A stretch of 64,000 nt of DNA. Source: a virus. Its lineage: Duplodnaviria > Caudoviricetes. Under the pieces are notes generated by a model. That model was not told the origin of the DNA. It did not search any database and saw only the letters and a list, made by a program, of their open reading frames with translations. A program made the translations under genes and the position numbers. Every line of letters begins with the position of its first letter. The stretch's first letter is position 1. The DNA lies in the IMG/VR virus record IMGVR_UViG_3300037484_000333, positions 1 through 64,000 of that record, one strand, 5' to 3'. Below, piece after piece: positions 37,897-45,495 of the stretch.

Positions 37897-38594
37897 TTAT
37901 CCTTAACGGTAGTCCAGGTCCTCGAAGGCTTACCACCCTCGATGTCTATACCAAAGTAAATACAGGTGTCCACCCTATAGAAGTTGCGCTTCTCACCCTC
38001 AGGCTTAAACTTGATAGCCTCGAACAGGTCGATGGTTTCCTTAGTGTCAATGCCGATCATGACTGGGTGAGCGGGTGCTGTCATGACCACGTTGGCGTCA
38101 AGGAAGGATGTGGCGTTGTCAACTAACCCAAAGTTATGTTCCTTCTTGACTACCTGCCACATGCTCAGGGAGTCGGTGTCGCCGCCCCTCTTACCTATAG
38201 ACCCTTCGGCTTTAAGCTTGGTCAAGTACTCATCTAGGGTCAAACCATACTTCTTGATGATGTAGGCGTTCTGAGCCTGGTCCCAAAACTTATCTACCAT
38301 CTCCATGAACAACCAGTCACCGGCTTTGAGCTGTTTCTTAACCTGGTCGTAGCACTCTTTAATGTCATCCCAGGTCTTAAGAACGTACCACTCTATGTTC
38401 TCTACGAATGGCCACTCGTTCTTCCACAGCTTGCCAAAGCGGCCTTCCCCGTCCATCACAATGCATCTAGACTCAGGGTGGAGGAAGGCTACCTCTAGGA
38501 TTCTGGTTGACTTGCCACTGTCAGGTGGGCCATACCATAAGTGTACTTCACGGTCTGTGGTGGCTAGAACGTCGGCTAGTTTGAAGGGCTTCAA
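37800..38594 (-). CDS. AAA/RecA-fold ATPase (Sak4/AAA_24-like)
   Basis: Walker A YGPPDSGKST. Confidence 0.75.
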   Translation of the reverse strand: MKPFKLADVLATTDREVHLWYGPPDSGKSTRILEVAFLHPESRCIVMDGEGRFGKLWKNEWPFVENIEWYVLKTWDDIKECYDQVKKQLKAGDWLFMEMVDKFWDQAQNAYIIKKYGLTLDEYLTKLKAEGSIGKRGGDTDSLSMWQVVKKEHNFGLVDNATSFLDANVVMTAPAHPVMIGIDTKETIDLFEAIKFKPEGEKRNFYRVDTCIYFGIDIEGGKPSRTWTTVKDKCSKRRAWRRPYDASVKPWWEEYKEFTTTTEE

Positions 38595-38770
38595 GAATCA
38601 TCACAGTCCTTACACAGAAGGGTTTTCCAATTGAAGCAATCGCTCTCCCCACAAGTGATTTCCCCACACTGCTCGCAATAGGTAAAACATTCAGAACACA
38701 GTACCGCCCCACAGGTTTGGCAAGTGTATAACTGGCGGATGCACTTAGAACAAGTTAGTTTCTGCTCCAC
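38591..38770 (-). CDS. 59-aa Cys-rich Zn-finger protein
   Basis: Hand-translated: MEQKLTCSKC...CQTC...CSEC...CEQC...; TTGA overlap with the AAA start. Confidence 0.6.
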   Translation of the reverse strand: MEQKLTCSKCIRQLYTCQTCGAVLCSECFTYCEQCGEITCGESDCFNWKTLLCKDCDDS

Positions 38771-38776
38771 GTCATA

Positions 38777-38947
38777 TCACGTCTCCAGGTCCAGAGTCAC
38801 TACCGTAATCTCTACCTTGACTACAGTGGCCTCAGGTATATCCCTGATATCTGCTTCAGCCTCTTTCCTTGAGTTGTAAATGAAGTCGATACCTTCTTCG
38901 CCGTCCAGGTCTTCCTTAATCATGTACTTAATGTAGTGCTTTTCCAT
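38777..38947 (-). CDS. 56-aa protein, paralog 3 of a tandem triplet
   Basis: Hand-translated MEKHYIKYMIKEDLDG...YNSRKEAEAD...VKVEIT. Confidence 0.6.
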   Translation of the reverse strand: MEKHYIKYMIKEDLDGEEGIDFIYNSRKEAEADIRDIPEATVVKVEITVVTLDLET

Positions 38948-38948
38948 G

Positions 38949-39113
38949 CTAATGTGCTACCTCCCCGTCCACCTTAATGGTTACCGTAGCTTTGAATAGT
39001 TTCTCTTTTGGGTCAACCCTGGCCCGTTCGGCATCCTCTATACTTGAATAGAGGACCAGTTCCGTGCTGTCTATGTCGTCCTCAAACAAGTAGAACGTGT
39101 CGGTCCGATCCAC
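38949..39113 (-). CDS. 54-aa protein, paralog 2 of a tandem triplet
   Basis: Hand-translated MDRTDTFYLFEDD...YSSIEDAE...FKATVT. Confidence 0.6.
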   Translation of the reverse strand: MDRTDTFYLFEDDIDSTELVLYSSIEDAERARVDPKEKLFKATVTIKVDGEVAH

Positions 39114-39114
39114 G

Positions 39115-39324
39115 TTAAGTTACCTCCTCTGTGGCGTCGTATGTTATGGTGAGCTGGACTAAGTTCTCTTCCTCACCCTCAAGACGACACTCTTCGGCTT
39201 CCTTCTTGGAGAAGAAGACGTTGAAGTCAGCACCCTTCTGACTTTCAGAGACGGCCTCAAACGCCATCATAATGTCTTCTTCAAAGGCCCAAACCATATA
39301 AGTCTTGGGAGTAGTCTTCTTCAT
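39115..39324 (-). CDS. 69-aa protein, paralog 1 of a tandem triplet
   Basis: FEED...FFSKKEAE...VQLTIT. Confidence 0.6.
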   Translation of the reverse strand: MKKTTPKTYMVWAFEEDIMMAFEAVSESQKGADFNVFFSKKEAEECRLEGEEENLVQLTITYDATEEVT

Positions 39325-40091
39325 GTCAATACCTCCTCTGGCGCTTCTATCTTACCCATCCAAGAACTTCTATACCCACAAAAGTCACACCTCACATGAC
39401 AGGTTGAACAGTGCCAACCTGGGCGAGGTGGGAACCTCTTGTTCAGTATACCGTCAGCAATCTGTGGGATGAGTAAGTCCCTAAGCCAAGCTACGTCATT
39501 AGACGTTCGCTCAGTAGTATGTAGCTCAACCCTCGGACCCTTAGCTAGAAATACTATATACCCGAAGGCTGCTCTGACCTGCTCTAGCTCCAACCCCAGT
39601 GCATAGACTGTTGGTTGTAGACTTAGCGGGACATCCCAAGGAGTGGGGGAACGGCGGCTGGTCTTATGGTCTACAATAGTAGCGTTGGTGGTGATGGCAT
39701 CTACTTTACCAACCAACAGTATATCTTCGGCCAGCCGCCGTTCAAACTTAACCTCAATGGCTCCATTAGCAGGGGTGAGCTGGTTAAGCACTTCTCGGTA
39801 TAGGACTATCCCTTTCTCAGCTTCCCCCAACATCTTGACTGGTGACTTTCCCTGCCAATCTACGTCCGCAGACCCAGTATTGAAGTGGTGACGTAAGGAT
39901 TCGATTAGCTGTTGGTCTGTCATACTGGGAGTATGCAAACATTCCTCGACGGCACTATGAACTGATATACCTAAATGCTGTTGGCCACTAGTGGTACTCC
40001 ACATCTTGTGGATGTAAGTGGCCTCATACCTACGAGGACAGGCTATGTAGGCAGTAATGGAACCGTAGCTGAGGCGAAGTTCTCCTCCCAC
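39321..40091 (-). CDS. PD-(D/E)XK Cas4/RecB-like exonuclease
   Basis: LSYGSI..Y..CPRRY, GKVDAI, IVDHKTS, C-terminal CxxC...C. Confidence 0.85.
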   Translation of the reverse strand: MGGELRLSYGSITAYIACPRRYEATYIHKMWSTTSGQQHLGISVHSAVEECLHTPSMTDQQLIESLRHHFNTGSADVDWQGKSPVKMLGEAEKGIVLYREVLNQLTPANGAIEVKFERRLAEDILLVGKVDAITTNATIVDHKTSRRSPTPWDVPLSLQPTVYALGLELEQVRAAFGYIVFLAKGPRVELHTTERTSNDVAWLRDLLIPQIADGILNKRFPPRPGWHCSTCHVRCDFCGYRSSWMGKIEAPEEVLT

Positions 40092-40094
40092 AAC

Positions 40095-40865
40095 TTAGGC
40101 CGCCTGGATTTTACCGGCTTCGTCAGTGGTGATGTACCCAGCGTCTTCCATCAGCTTGAGGACCTTACCATTGGCAATGGTGACCCGCACGTTAGTAGGG
40201 ATACCAGCCTTATTGGCAAAGTTGCTCATAGCTAGGATGGAAGCCTGCTTGGTCTTACCAACTGCTACATCCACTAGGTCTGTGGCATAGTCTTCCCAGG
40301 AGCCAGACATCTTAGCTCCGGCTTCCTCAACAACTGGCTCAATCTCTTCAGCCTCACCATCGGCAGTAGTGGAGTTGATACTATTGAGCACGGCCTCTAC
40401 TTCCTTGGTGTCGTACTCCATCCCGTGGCCTACAAGCTTAACCGGGTAGGTGTAGACCCTAGACCTAGAGGCTCCAGGAGACATCTCACTACGGCCTAGC
40501 ACCAAGTAGATGTTATCCACTAGTGCCTTCTTGAGGTTCTCAGCGTTCTCTGCTGGAGAGTTGCCACCCTTGATGGTTGTGCCAGCATCCCTACAGGCTA
40601 GGGCGAACTGTCCTAGAGGGCTGTTAGGGTTGACCTTACCCATTGCTGGATAGTTGAAGAAGACAGTCATCTCACGCTGATTACCGGCTTCATCGGTCTC
40701 ACCTAGTCTGGCCCACCGGACTACGACTGATCTGCTGGTGAAGGAACCACTACCATCCTTCCGCTCGATTTGCTCAGAGCGGTAAATGGCCTCCTCACAC
40801 CTGCCTACGAAATAGAACTCGGTACCCAGATCATCTGGGGCCAAGCTCGGAATGGTCTCGGTCAA
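40095..40865 (-). CDS. Putative ssDNA-binding/replication protein
   Basis: Position between helicase and exonuclease, strong SD; inferred from context only. Confidence 0.4.
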   Translation of the reverse strand: MTETIPSLAPDDLGTEFYFVGRCEEAIYRSEQIERKDGSGSFTSRSVVVRWARLGETDEAGNQREMTVFFNYPAMGKVNPNSPLGQFALACRDAGTTIKGGNSPAENAENLKKALVDNIYLVLGRSEMSPGASRSRVYTYPVKLVGHGMEYDTKEVEAVLNSINSTTADGEAEEIEPVVEEAGAKMSGSWEDYATDLVDVAVGKTKQASILAMSNFANKAGIPTNVRVTIANGKVLKLMEDAGYITTDEAGKIQAA

Positions 40866-40912
40866 TCAAATCACTCCTTATCTTTGACCGTACTAAACTG
40901 TCCTATACCTCT

Positions 40913-40949
40913 ATGTTATACCTCATAATGAGGTCTGTCAAGTGTAATT
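40913..40949 (-). promoter_or_regulatory. Sigma70-type promoter with a palindromic spacer
   Basis: AATTACAC-TTGACA-17 nt-TAACAT; spacer contains CCTCAT-T-ATGAGG. Confidence 0.6.
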
Positions 40950-41116
40950 CTTTTTCCCATATCCACCCCCTCCCAAAAGCAGCCACATTCTTGTCCGCAC
41001 CAGGAGGTTGGGTGGAGGAGGGCTTGACGCAGGACGGCCTCTTCCCGTCGGACGTTCTCAGGGCTGATGTTCGTTTTGATCAACAAGTCCAGAGCTTCCT
41101 CCGGTGTCATGCTCAT
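40916..41116 (-). CDS. Hypothetical protein
   Basis: Overlaps the end of the helicase gene. Confidence 0.4.
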   Translation of the reverse strand: MSMTPEEALDLLIKTNISPENVRREEAVLRQALLHPTSWCGQECGCFWEGVDMGKRITLDRPHYEV

Positions 41117-42572
41117 GGCTCACCTCCCATACTACTGTATCTCTCAACCATGTTGGCAACCTCCTAAGCAGTCTACCTGCACTACCATCCAGTATGTACC
41201 CATCACAATGGTCGTCCATACTCCTCATTCCACGCCCCAACCCTTGCGCCAAGGTTATGACAGTTTGTTCCTCATACCAGTTCCTGTTATCCTTAAACCT
41301 GGCGGCTACTACGGCGTCGCCAAGGTCAGGATAAGGTGCCTTAACCCATATGATGAAACGGCACTCATCACCTGGTAGGTCTACACCACTGGTAGCTGAT
41401 GGGCTAACCATAATGCGACGGTCACCACGCTTGAAGGAGCGTAGGGCAGCCAGCCTGTTCTTACCACCAGGCCTGTGAGTCACCATCTCGTGGGCGTAGC
41501 GACTGGAGTTGACCAACTGCCTGCTCAGTTCAAATTTATGTGTGTGTATAAGTCCTCTCTCTAATGGGTGTTGAGATATGATAGCGTCTACAGCCGATAC
41601 AACCTTAGGAAACTCTTCCTTGATGTTCTTGTAGTTCAGCTTAGCCGCTGGCCGGTAGTATATGGGAGCTTGCTCTTTCCTATCAAAGTCCATAGGTATG
41701 TCGATATAGTCTATGTCTTCTAGGTCGCCCAGTACTGAGGCCGGTGGCGGTGTAGCCGACATTATGACTATCTTAGTAGTGCCCTGGATCATAGCGTCAA
41801 ACTGTTCGTGCGCCCATATGGGTCGTACCAGATTGTTCTGCCTTATCCAACCCTTAGACCATGCTACCCTAACACAGTCATCCCGCAGTCTCCTCAACAG
41901 TTTGGGAGCTGTATCGTCTAGGAAGGCGTCGGGGTCATCGGCAGAGAACGAGCTTATCTGGTGCTCTAGGTGTAGTGCCACCTGCCTAAGCCATGTCCTC
42001 AGTTCTTCATCAGTATTGGGAGGTTCTCCAAATGTAGATAGTTTGGACAGGTCTAAAGTGGCACTTCCTACTAAGAAGCTCTCCAAGACGTGCGCTTCGT
42101 CGCATATCAACAGAGTGGGAGGTGGTGCAAACCCTCCAGCCCGCTTCTCGTAGATATAGTAGGCGTAGTTTGTGAGAGTCAGAGGCTGATGCCTTAGGGC
42201 TTCTCTCTGGATAAAGTAATCGCAACCACTTATTTGTTTGCACTCGTAACCTCCCGCACAGGGGGCTTGGCTAACTCGTAGGTGGTCGTACCCGTCTAGT
42301 TTGCACTTGAAGGCTGGGCGACCGTATGCTACAAACCCATCACTGGCTGCAGAGTACTGGCGTTGGAGCCCATAGTCAGCAGTCAGGATGACAGTCGGTA
42401 CCTCCAGTAGCCCATAAGTTGCGAGGGCGACGACTGATTTGCCAACCCCCGTTTGACCGTCAACCCATACAAACTTTGATGGGCTATCTGCTATGGCTTG
42501 GGCAACTTCCAGTTGGGAGGGTCTCCATTCGTCGTCGGACCCAACCTTTATCCCCAGGTCGCTAGGCTTCAC
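41058..42572 (-). CDS. DinG/Rad3-like SF2 helicase
   Basis: QTGVGKS, DEAH, MSAT, GVDLPGD, QGLGRGMR motifs. Confidence 0.85.
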   Translation of the reverse strand: MKPSDLGIKVGSDDEWRPSQLEVAQAIADSPSKFVWVDGQTGVGKSVVALATYGLLEVPTVILTADYGLQRQYSAASDGFVAYGRPAFKCKLDGYDHLRVSQAPCAGGYECKQISGCDYFIQREALRHQPLTLTNYAYYIYEKRAGGFAPPPTLLICDEAHVLESFLVGSATLDLSKLSTFGEPPNTDEELRTWLRQVALHLEHQISSFSADDPDAFLDDTAPKLLRRLRDDCVRVAWSKGWIRQNNLVRPIWAHEQFDAMIQGTTKIVIMSATPPPASVLGDLEDIDYIDIPMDFDRKEQAPIYYRPAAKLNYKNIKEEFPKVVSAVDAIISQHPLERGLIHTHKFELSRQLVNSSRYAHEMVTHRPGGKNRLAALRSFKRGDRRIMVSPSATSGVDLPGDECRFIIWVKAPYPDLGDAVVAARFKDNRNWYEEQTVITLAQGLGRGMRSMDDHCDGYILDGSAGRLLRRLPTWLRDTVVWEVSHEHDTGGSSGLVDQNEHQP

Positions 42573-43050
42573 TCAATATCACTACGCCTCTCATGGCGTG
42601 GGACCACTCAGCCACTTTCTTCTTCAGCTTCAAGGTACTACAAAACACGGTACCAGCAGGGGGGACGCTAGGATTGAAGTAGGTATTGGGGTTTGTCCAA
42701 AATGTTAGTGCTGACTCCTTGCTCAGGTTGCAAGTTCCAAAGCATATTCGGGTTGCAGCCTCGACCCCCCCAGACTCACACTCCCAAATCTCACTGCCCC
42801 AGTCGAGGCCATAACTAGCTACGTTTGGGATAAACCTCACGGCGTCACCGAGGCTCTCAAAGGCCAAGAACTTCCCAATCCTCGGAACGTTCTCCCTATT
42901 CGTGGAGTAGTTGTACCTCATTTCGGAGTCTATCCACGCCGAAACCAACGCCTCTTTCCCTCCCAACCCCTCGACTCTCCTCAAGACCTTCCACACTTTC
43001 CTAGTGGATGATCTGCCGCTTGGCTGCGATTCCACACAATTCTCTTTCAC
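42562..43050 (-). CDS. Hypothetical protein
   Basis: Contiguous ORF. Confidence 0.5.
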   Translation of the reverse strand: MKENCVESQPSGRSSTRKVWKVLRRVEGLGGKEALVSAWIDSEMRYNYSTNRENVPRIGKFLAFESLGDAVRFIPNVASYGLDWGSEIWECESGGVEAATRICFGTCNLSKESALTFWTNPNTYFNPSVPPAGTVFCSTLKLKKKVAEWSHAMRGVVILSEA

Positions 43051-43264
43051 GTTCCCAACCCTCCTTAACCTTTATCAAGTATGCGATAGTTGGTAGGTCG
43101 CGTAGTACCAACATCTTAATCCTGAAGGTACCATTGTAGGTGGACATAAGGCGTATTCCCCTACCCCAGTCGACCCATACCTGTGGCCCCTTAGTGTAGA
43201 GGGAGGTAACTACCAGCCCAGTCTTGTGTGATAGGTAGGCGAGCTGTTCTTTACTTAGCTCCAA
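43001..43264 (-). CDS. Hypothetical protein
   Basis: Contiguous ORF. Confidence 0.45.
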   Translation of the reverse strand: MELSKEQLAYLSHKTGLVVTSLYTKGPQVWVDWGRGIRLMSTYNGTFRIKMLVLRDLPTIAYLIKVKEGWERERELCGIAAKRQIIH

Positions 43265-43510
43265 TCATACCACTACCTCGTACTTGTAACTGAAGGTGAA
43301 GCTGCAAGCGGAACAACGGGCTCTATAATCTACTATAAACTTTCCCTTCCAAATTCCTACCTCCCAGTCCTCTCGGAGGTCGTCGCACTCAGGACTGGCT
43401 TCCAGTAGGTCCTCGTACTCTTGGGGTGTGACCTTCCCATAGGCTTCGGATAAAGTCTTCTCCCTACTCGCCTTACACTTAGGGCAGATGGTGTAGTTGT
43501 TGGCGCTCAT
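43265..43510 (-). CDS. Zn-ribbon protein
   Basis: CPKC...CSAC. Confidence 0.55.
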   Translation of the reverse strand: MSANNYTICPKCKASREKTLSEAYGKVTPQEYEDLLEASPECDDLREDWEVGIWKGKFIVDYRARCSACSFTFSYKYEVVV

Positions 43511-43522
43511 ATTCCACTCCCC

Positions 43523-43846
43523 TTATTTGCAGCCTTCTACTCTTATGTAACCATTTGGCCCTGTAACCCACTGTATATACGGCACGACGTAATCACGAGA
43601 GTAATCACCTTCGTCCACTCGGACATCCTTACCTAAGACTTCCCAACCCCCCTCACTGACTGTTAATACGGGATAGTTTTCAGTGTGGCCAAGGACTCTA
43701 TTACCATCGCCTCTCGGGTCGAACTCGATGTGGTAGCAATAATCTTTAGCAGGTTTCCACGACTCGTCATATTTGGGATCGCCGCACGCCCCCATAATCC
43801 CAACTATACCAACTACCACTACTACCAGTAGGACTACCCTTGCCAC
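43523..43846 (-). CDS. Putative lipoprotein
   Basis: Hydrophobic signal peptide ending MGAC (lipobox-like). Confidence 0.6.
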   Translation of the reverse strand: MARVVLLVVVVVGIVGIMGACGDPKYDESWKPAKDYCYHIEFDPRGDGNRVLGHTENYPVLTVSEGGWEVLGKDVRVDEGDYSRDYVVPYIQWVTGPNGYIRVEGCK

Positions 43847-44289
43847 TTCCCCAACTCCTTCCGATACCTATCTCGCCAATATTCATCGGGCAAGGCTTCT
43901 ACCACTTCCTTGAACTTCTCTATTATCTCAGCCGCCCTGTCGTCCTGACCATCAGCTAGTAGTTTAGAGTGTAAGGCCTTCATAGACTCCATGTTATCCT
44001 TAAGCTGTTGGTATGTACTCTCCTCGTCTATGAAGTCCCTAATCATCCTCTCACTGGCAAAGGCAGCTGCTAACTTACTGGACTGTAGCTCGTCTTCCCA
44101 CATATCCATGATGGTTGAGAAGCCATGCCTTACAATGTCGGTGATAGTCTCATAGGGGTTGTCAGGAGAGGCTATCAACTTCATGAAGATGGCTTCCCAC
44201 TCCTCCGGTAGACGTAGCGTTACAGTCCAAACTTTGGTGCTGGCCCTACCTCGGCGGCCTCCTATGGACTCTTCAGCTAAGTCAATCAT
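43834..44289 (-). CDS. Putative ribbon-helix-helix/coiled-coil regulator
   Basis: VWTVTLRLPEEW beta-strand followed by helices. Confidence 0.45.
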   Translation of the reverse strand: MIDLAEESIGGRRGRASTKVWTVTLRLPEEWEAIFMKLIASPDNPYETITDIVRHGFSTIMDMWEDELQSSKLAAAFASERMIRDFIDEESTYQQLKDNMESMKALHSKLLADGQDDRAAEIIEKFKEVVEALPDEYWRDRYRKELGKWQG

Positions 44290-44528
44290 TAACTCGGGTC
44301 TTCGTCATACCAGCCTAATTGGTTATCAAATAGGTCGTCAATATCATCGCCGGAACACCCAAGGTCATCGAGGAATTCCCTTACCTGATACTTATAAAGC
44401 CCGTGGTCTAGCAGAGTCCTACAAGTCATGATGTACGGTGTTGGCATGGTATCAGACAACCAGTTGACGAGTTCTACTAGTGCTACCCTCCATGGGTTGG
44501 GTCTGTCATCAATTCCACCAACACTCAT
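44289..44528 (-). CDS. Hypothetical protein
   Basis: TAATG-coupled ORF. Confidence 0.45.
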   Translation of the reverse strand: MSVGGIDDRPNPWRVALVELVNWLSDTMPTPYIMTCRTLLDHGLYKYQVREFLDDLGCSGDDIDDLFDNQLGWYDEDPS

Positions 44529-44538
44529 TATCGTCCTC

Positions 44539-45102
44539 CTAGCAACGCGAGTTGCCGCAACCCCAGCATTTTAGGCAACCTTCTTCGTGGACCATAATAG
44601 ACCCACACTCTGGACAACACACACCGGAGCTATTACGTATCGGCACGATCAGTGTCTCTATAGTGGTTTCACCTGGTGGAGGTGGGGGAGAATCGAACTC
44701 CCCGTCCTGAAGAGGGTTAGCCCCGTACTCCGAGACATCTTCTTCAGTCTTCCTTTCACCCCCAAGAAACCTTCGCTCAAGCCACTGAGCAATGTAGTCT
44801 AGTATACTAGTCGCCTTCGGAATATCAGGGTTACTAGTCAATCCAGCAGGGTCATACCGAGTCTGTTTGAACTTCCGCGTTATGTCTTCCAGTGGGACGT
44901 GGTACTGTAAGGCTATCGAAACCATGATAGCGAAGGCGTCCACCAACCCGCTGACTGTTGACCCCTGCTTACTTACAAATACAAAGAGTTCTCCTGGTGT
45001 GCCATCCTCGAACAACCCTACTATAAGGTAGCCTGACTGGTCTGCTATTTTGAACTTATGTGTAACACTGTTTCTGTCAGCCGGTAGCCTCTTCCTCTTC
45101 GT
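44539..45102 (-). CDS. Stand-alone class II RNR (NrdJ) C-terminal TSCPD-like domain plus Zn ribbon, apparent ACG start
   Basis: RLPADRNSVTHKF...GLFEDGTPGELF...SKQGST...SIALQY...SILDYI; C-terminal CPECG...CLKC..C; in-frame TGA at 45109-45111 and SD GAGGAG. Confidence 0.8.
   Translation of the reverse strand, partial: TKRKRLPADRNSVTHKFKIADQSGYLIVGLFEDGTPGELFVFVSKQGSTVSGLVDAFAIMVSIALQYHVPLEDITRKFKQTRYDPAGLTSNPDIPKATSILDYIAQWLERRFLGGERKTEEDVSEYGANPLQDGEFDSPPPPPGETTIETLIVPIRNSSGVCCPECGSIMVHEEGCLKCWGCGNSRC
44674..44763 (-). ncRNA. tmRNA tRNA-like-domain mimic embedded in a CDS
   Basis: GGGGGTG/CACCTCC acceptor stem with G3:U70, ACCA end, GGAC, GGGGAG-TTCGATT-CTCCCC T-arm, TGAAGA/TCTTCA helix. Confidence 0.65.
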
Positions 45103-45301
45103 CTGTAGTCAACTCCTCATCAACTGATATAAAGACGGTACCAGTTTCCAACCCTATCTCTATGTCTTCAGGCCAGGCCCACACCACTGCCAAGTCGCCT
45201 TGGTCCATGTAGGTTCTAACTAGGGTACCTCTAGCCCCATAGTAGAAGAATATCTTGGCCCAAGATGATATAAGTATTAGCAAATACTCTATACCCATCA
45301 T
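45077..45301 (-). CDS. Small protein with YYGARG motif
   Basis: Motif shared with the adjacent ORF. Confidence 0.5.
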   Translation of the reverse strand: MMGIEYLLILISSWAKIFFYYGARGTLVRTYMDQGDLAVVWAWPEDIEIGLETGTVFISVDEELTTDEEEEATG

Positions 45302-45495
45302 ACTAACAACCTATCGCCGGAATAATAAAGGGTTGGGTGCGTAGAGTACAATGGTACGCAATACCAGACTGTAACCCGCCCACCATCGGACTGGATGGTA
45401 GTATAACCTCCAGCATGGGACATATTCCTGATACGTCCTCTGGCCCCATAGTACTTGAACATGGCTGTCATACCTGATACAGTTTTCAACCCCAT
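45298..45495 (-). CDS. Small protein with YYGARG motif
   Basis: Motif shared with the adjacent ORF. Confidence 0.5.
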   Translation of the reverse strand: MGLKTVSGMTAMFKYYGARGRIRNMSHAGGYTTIQSDGGRVTVWYCVPLYSTHPTLYYSGDRLLV

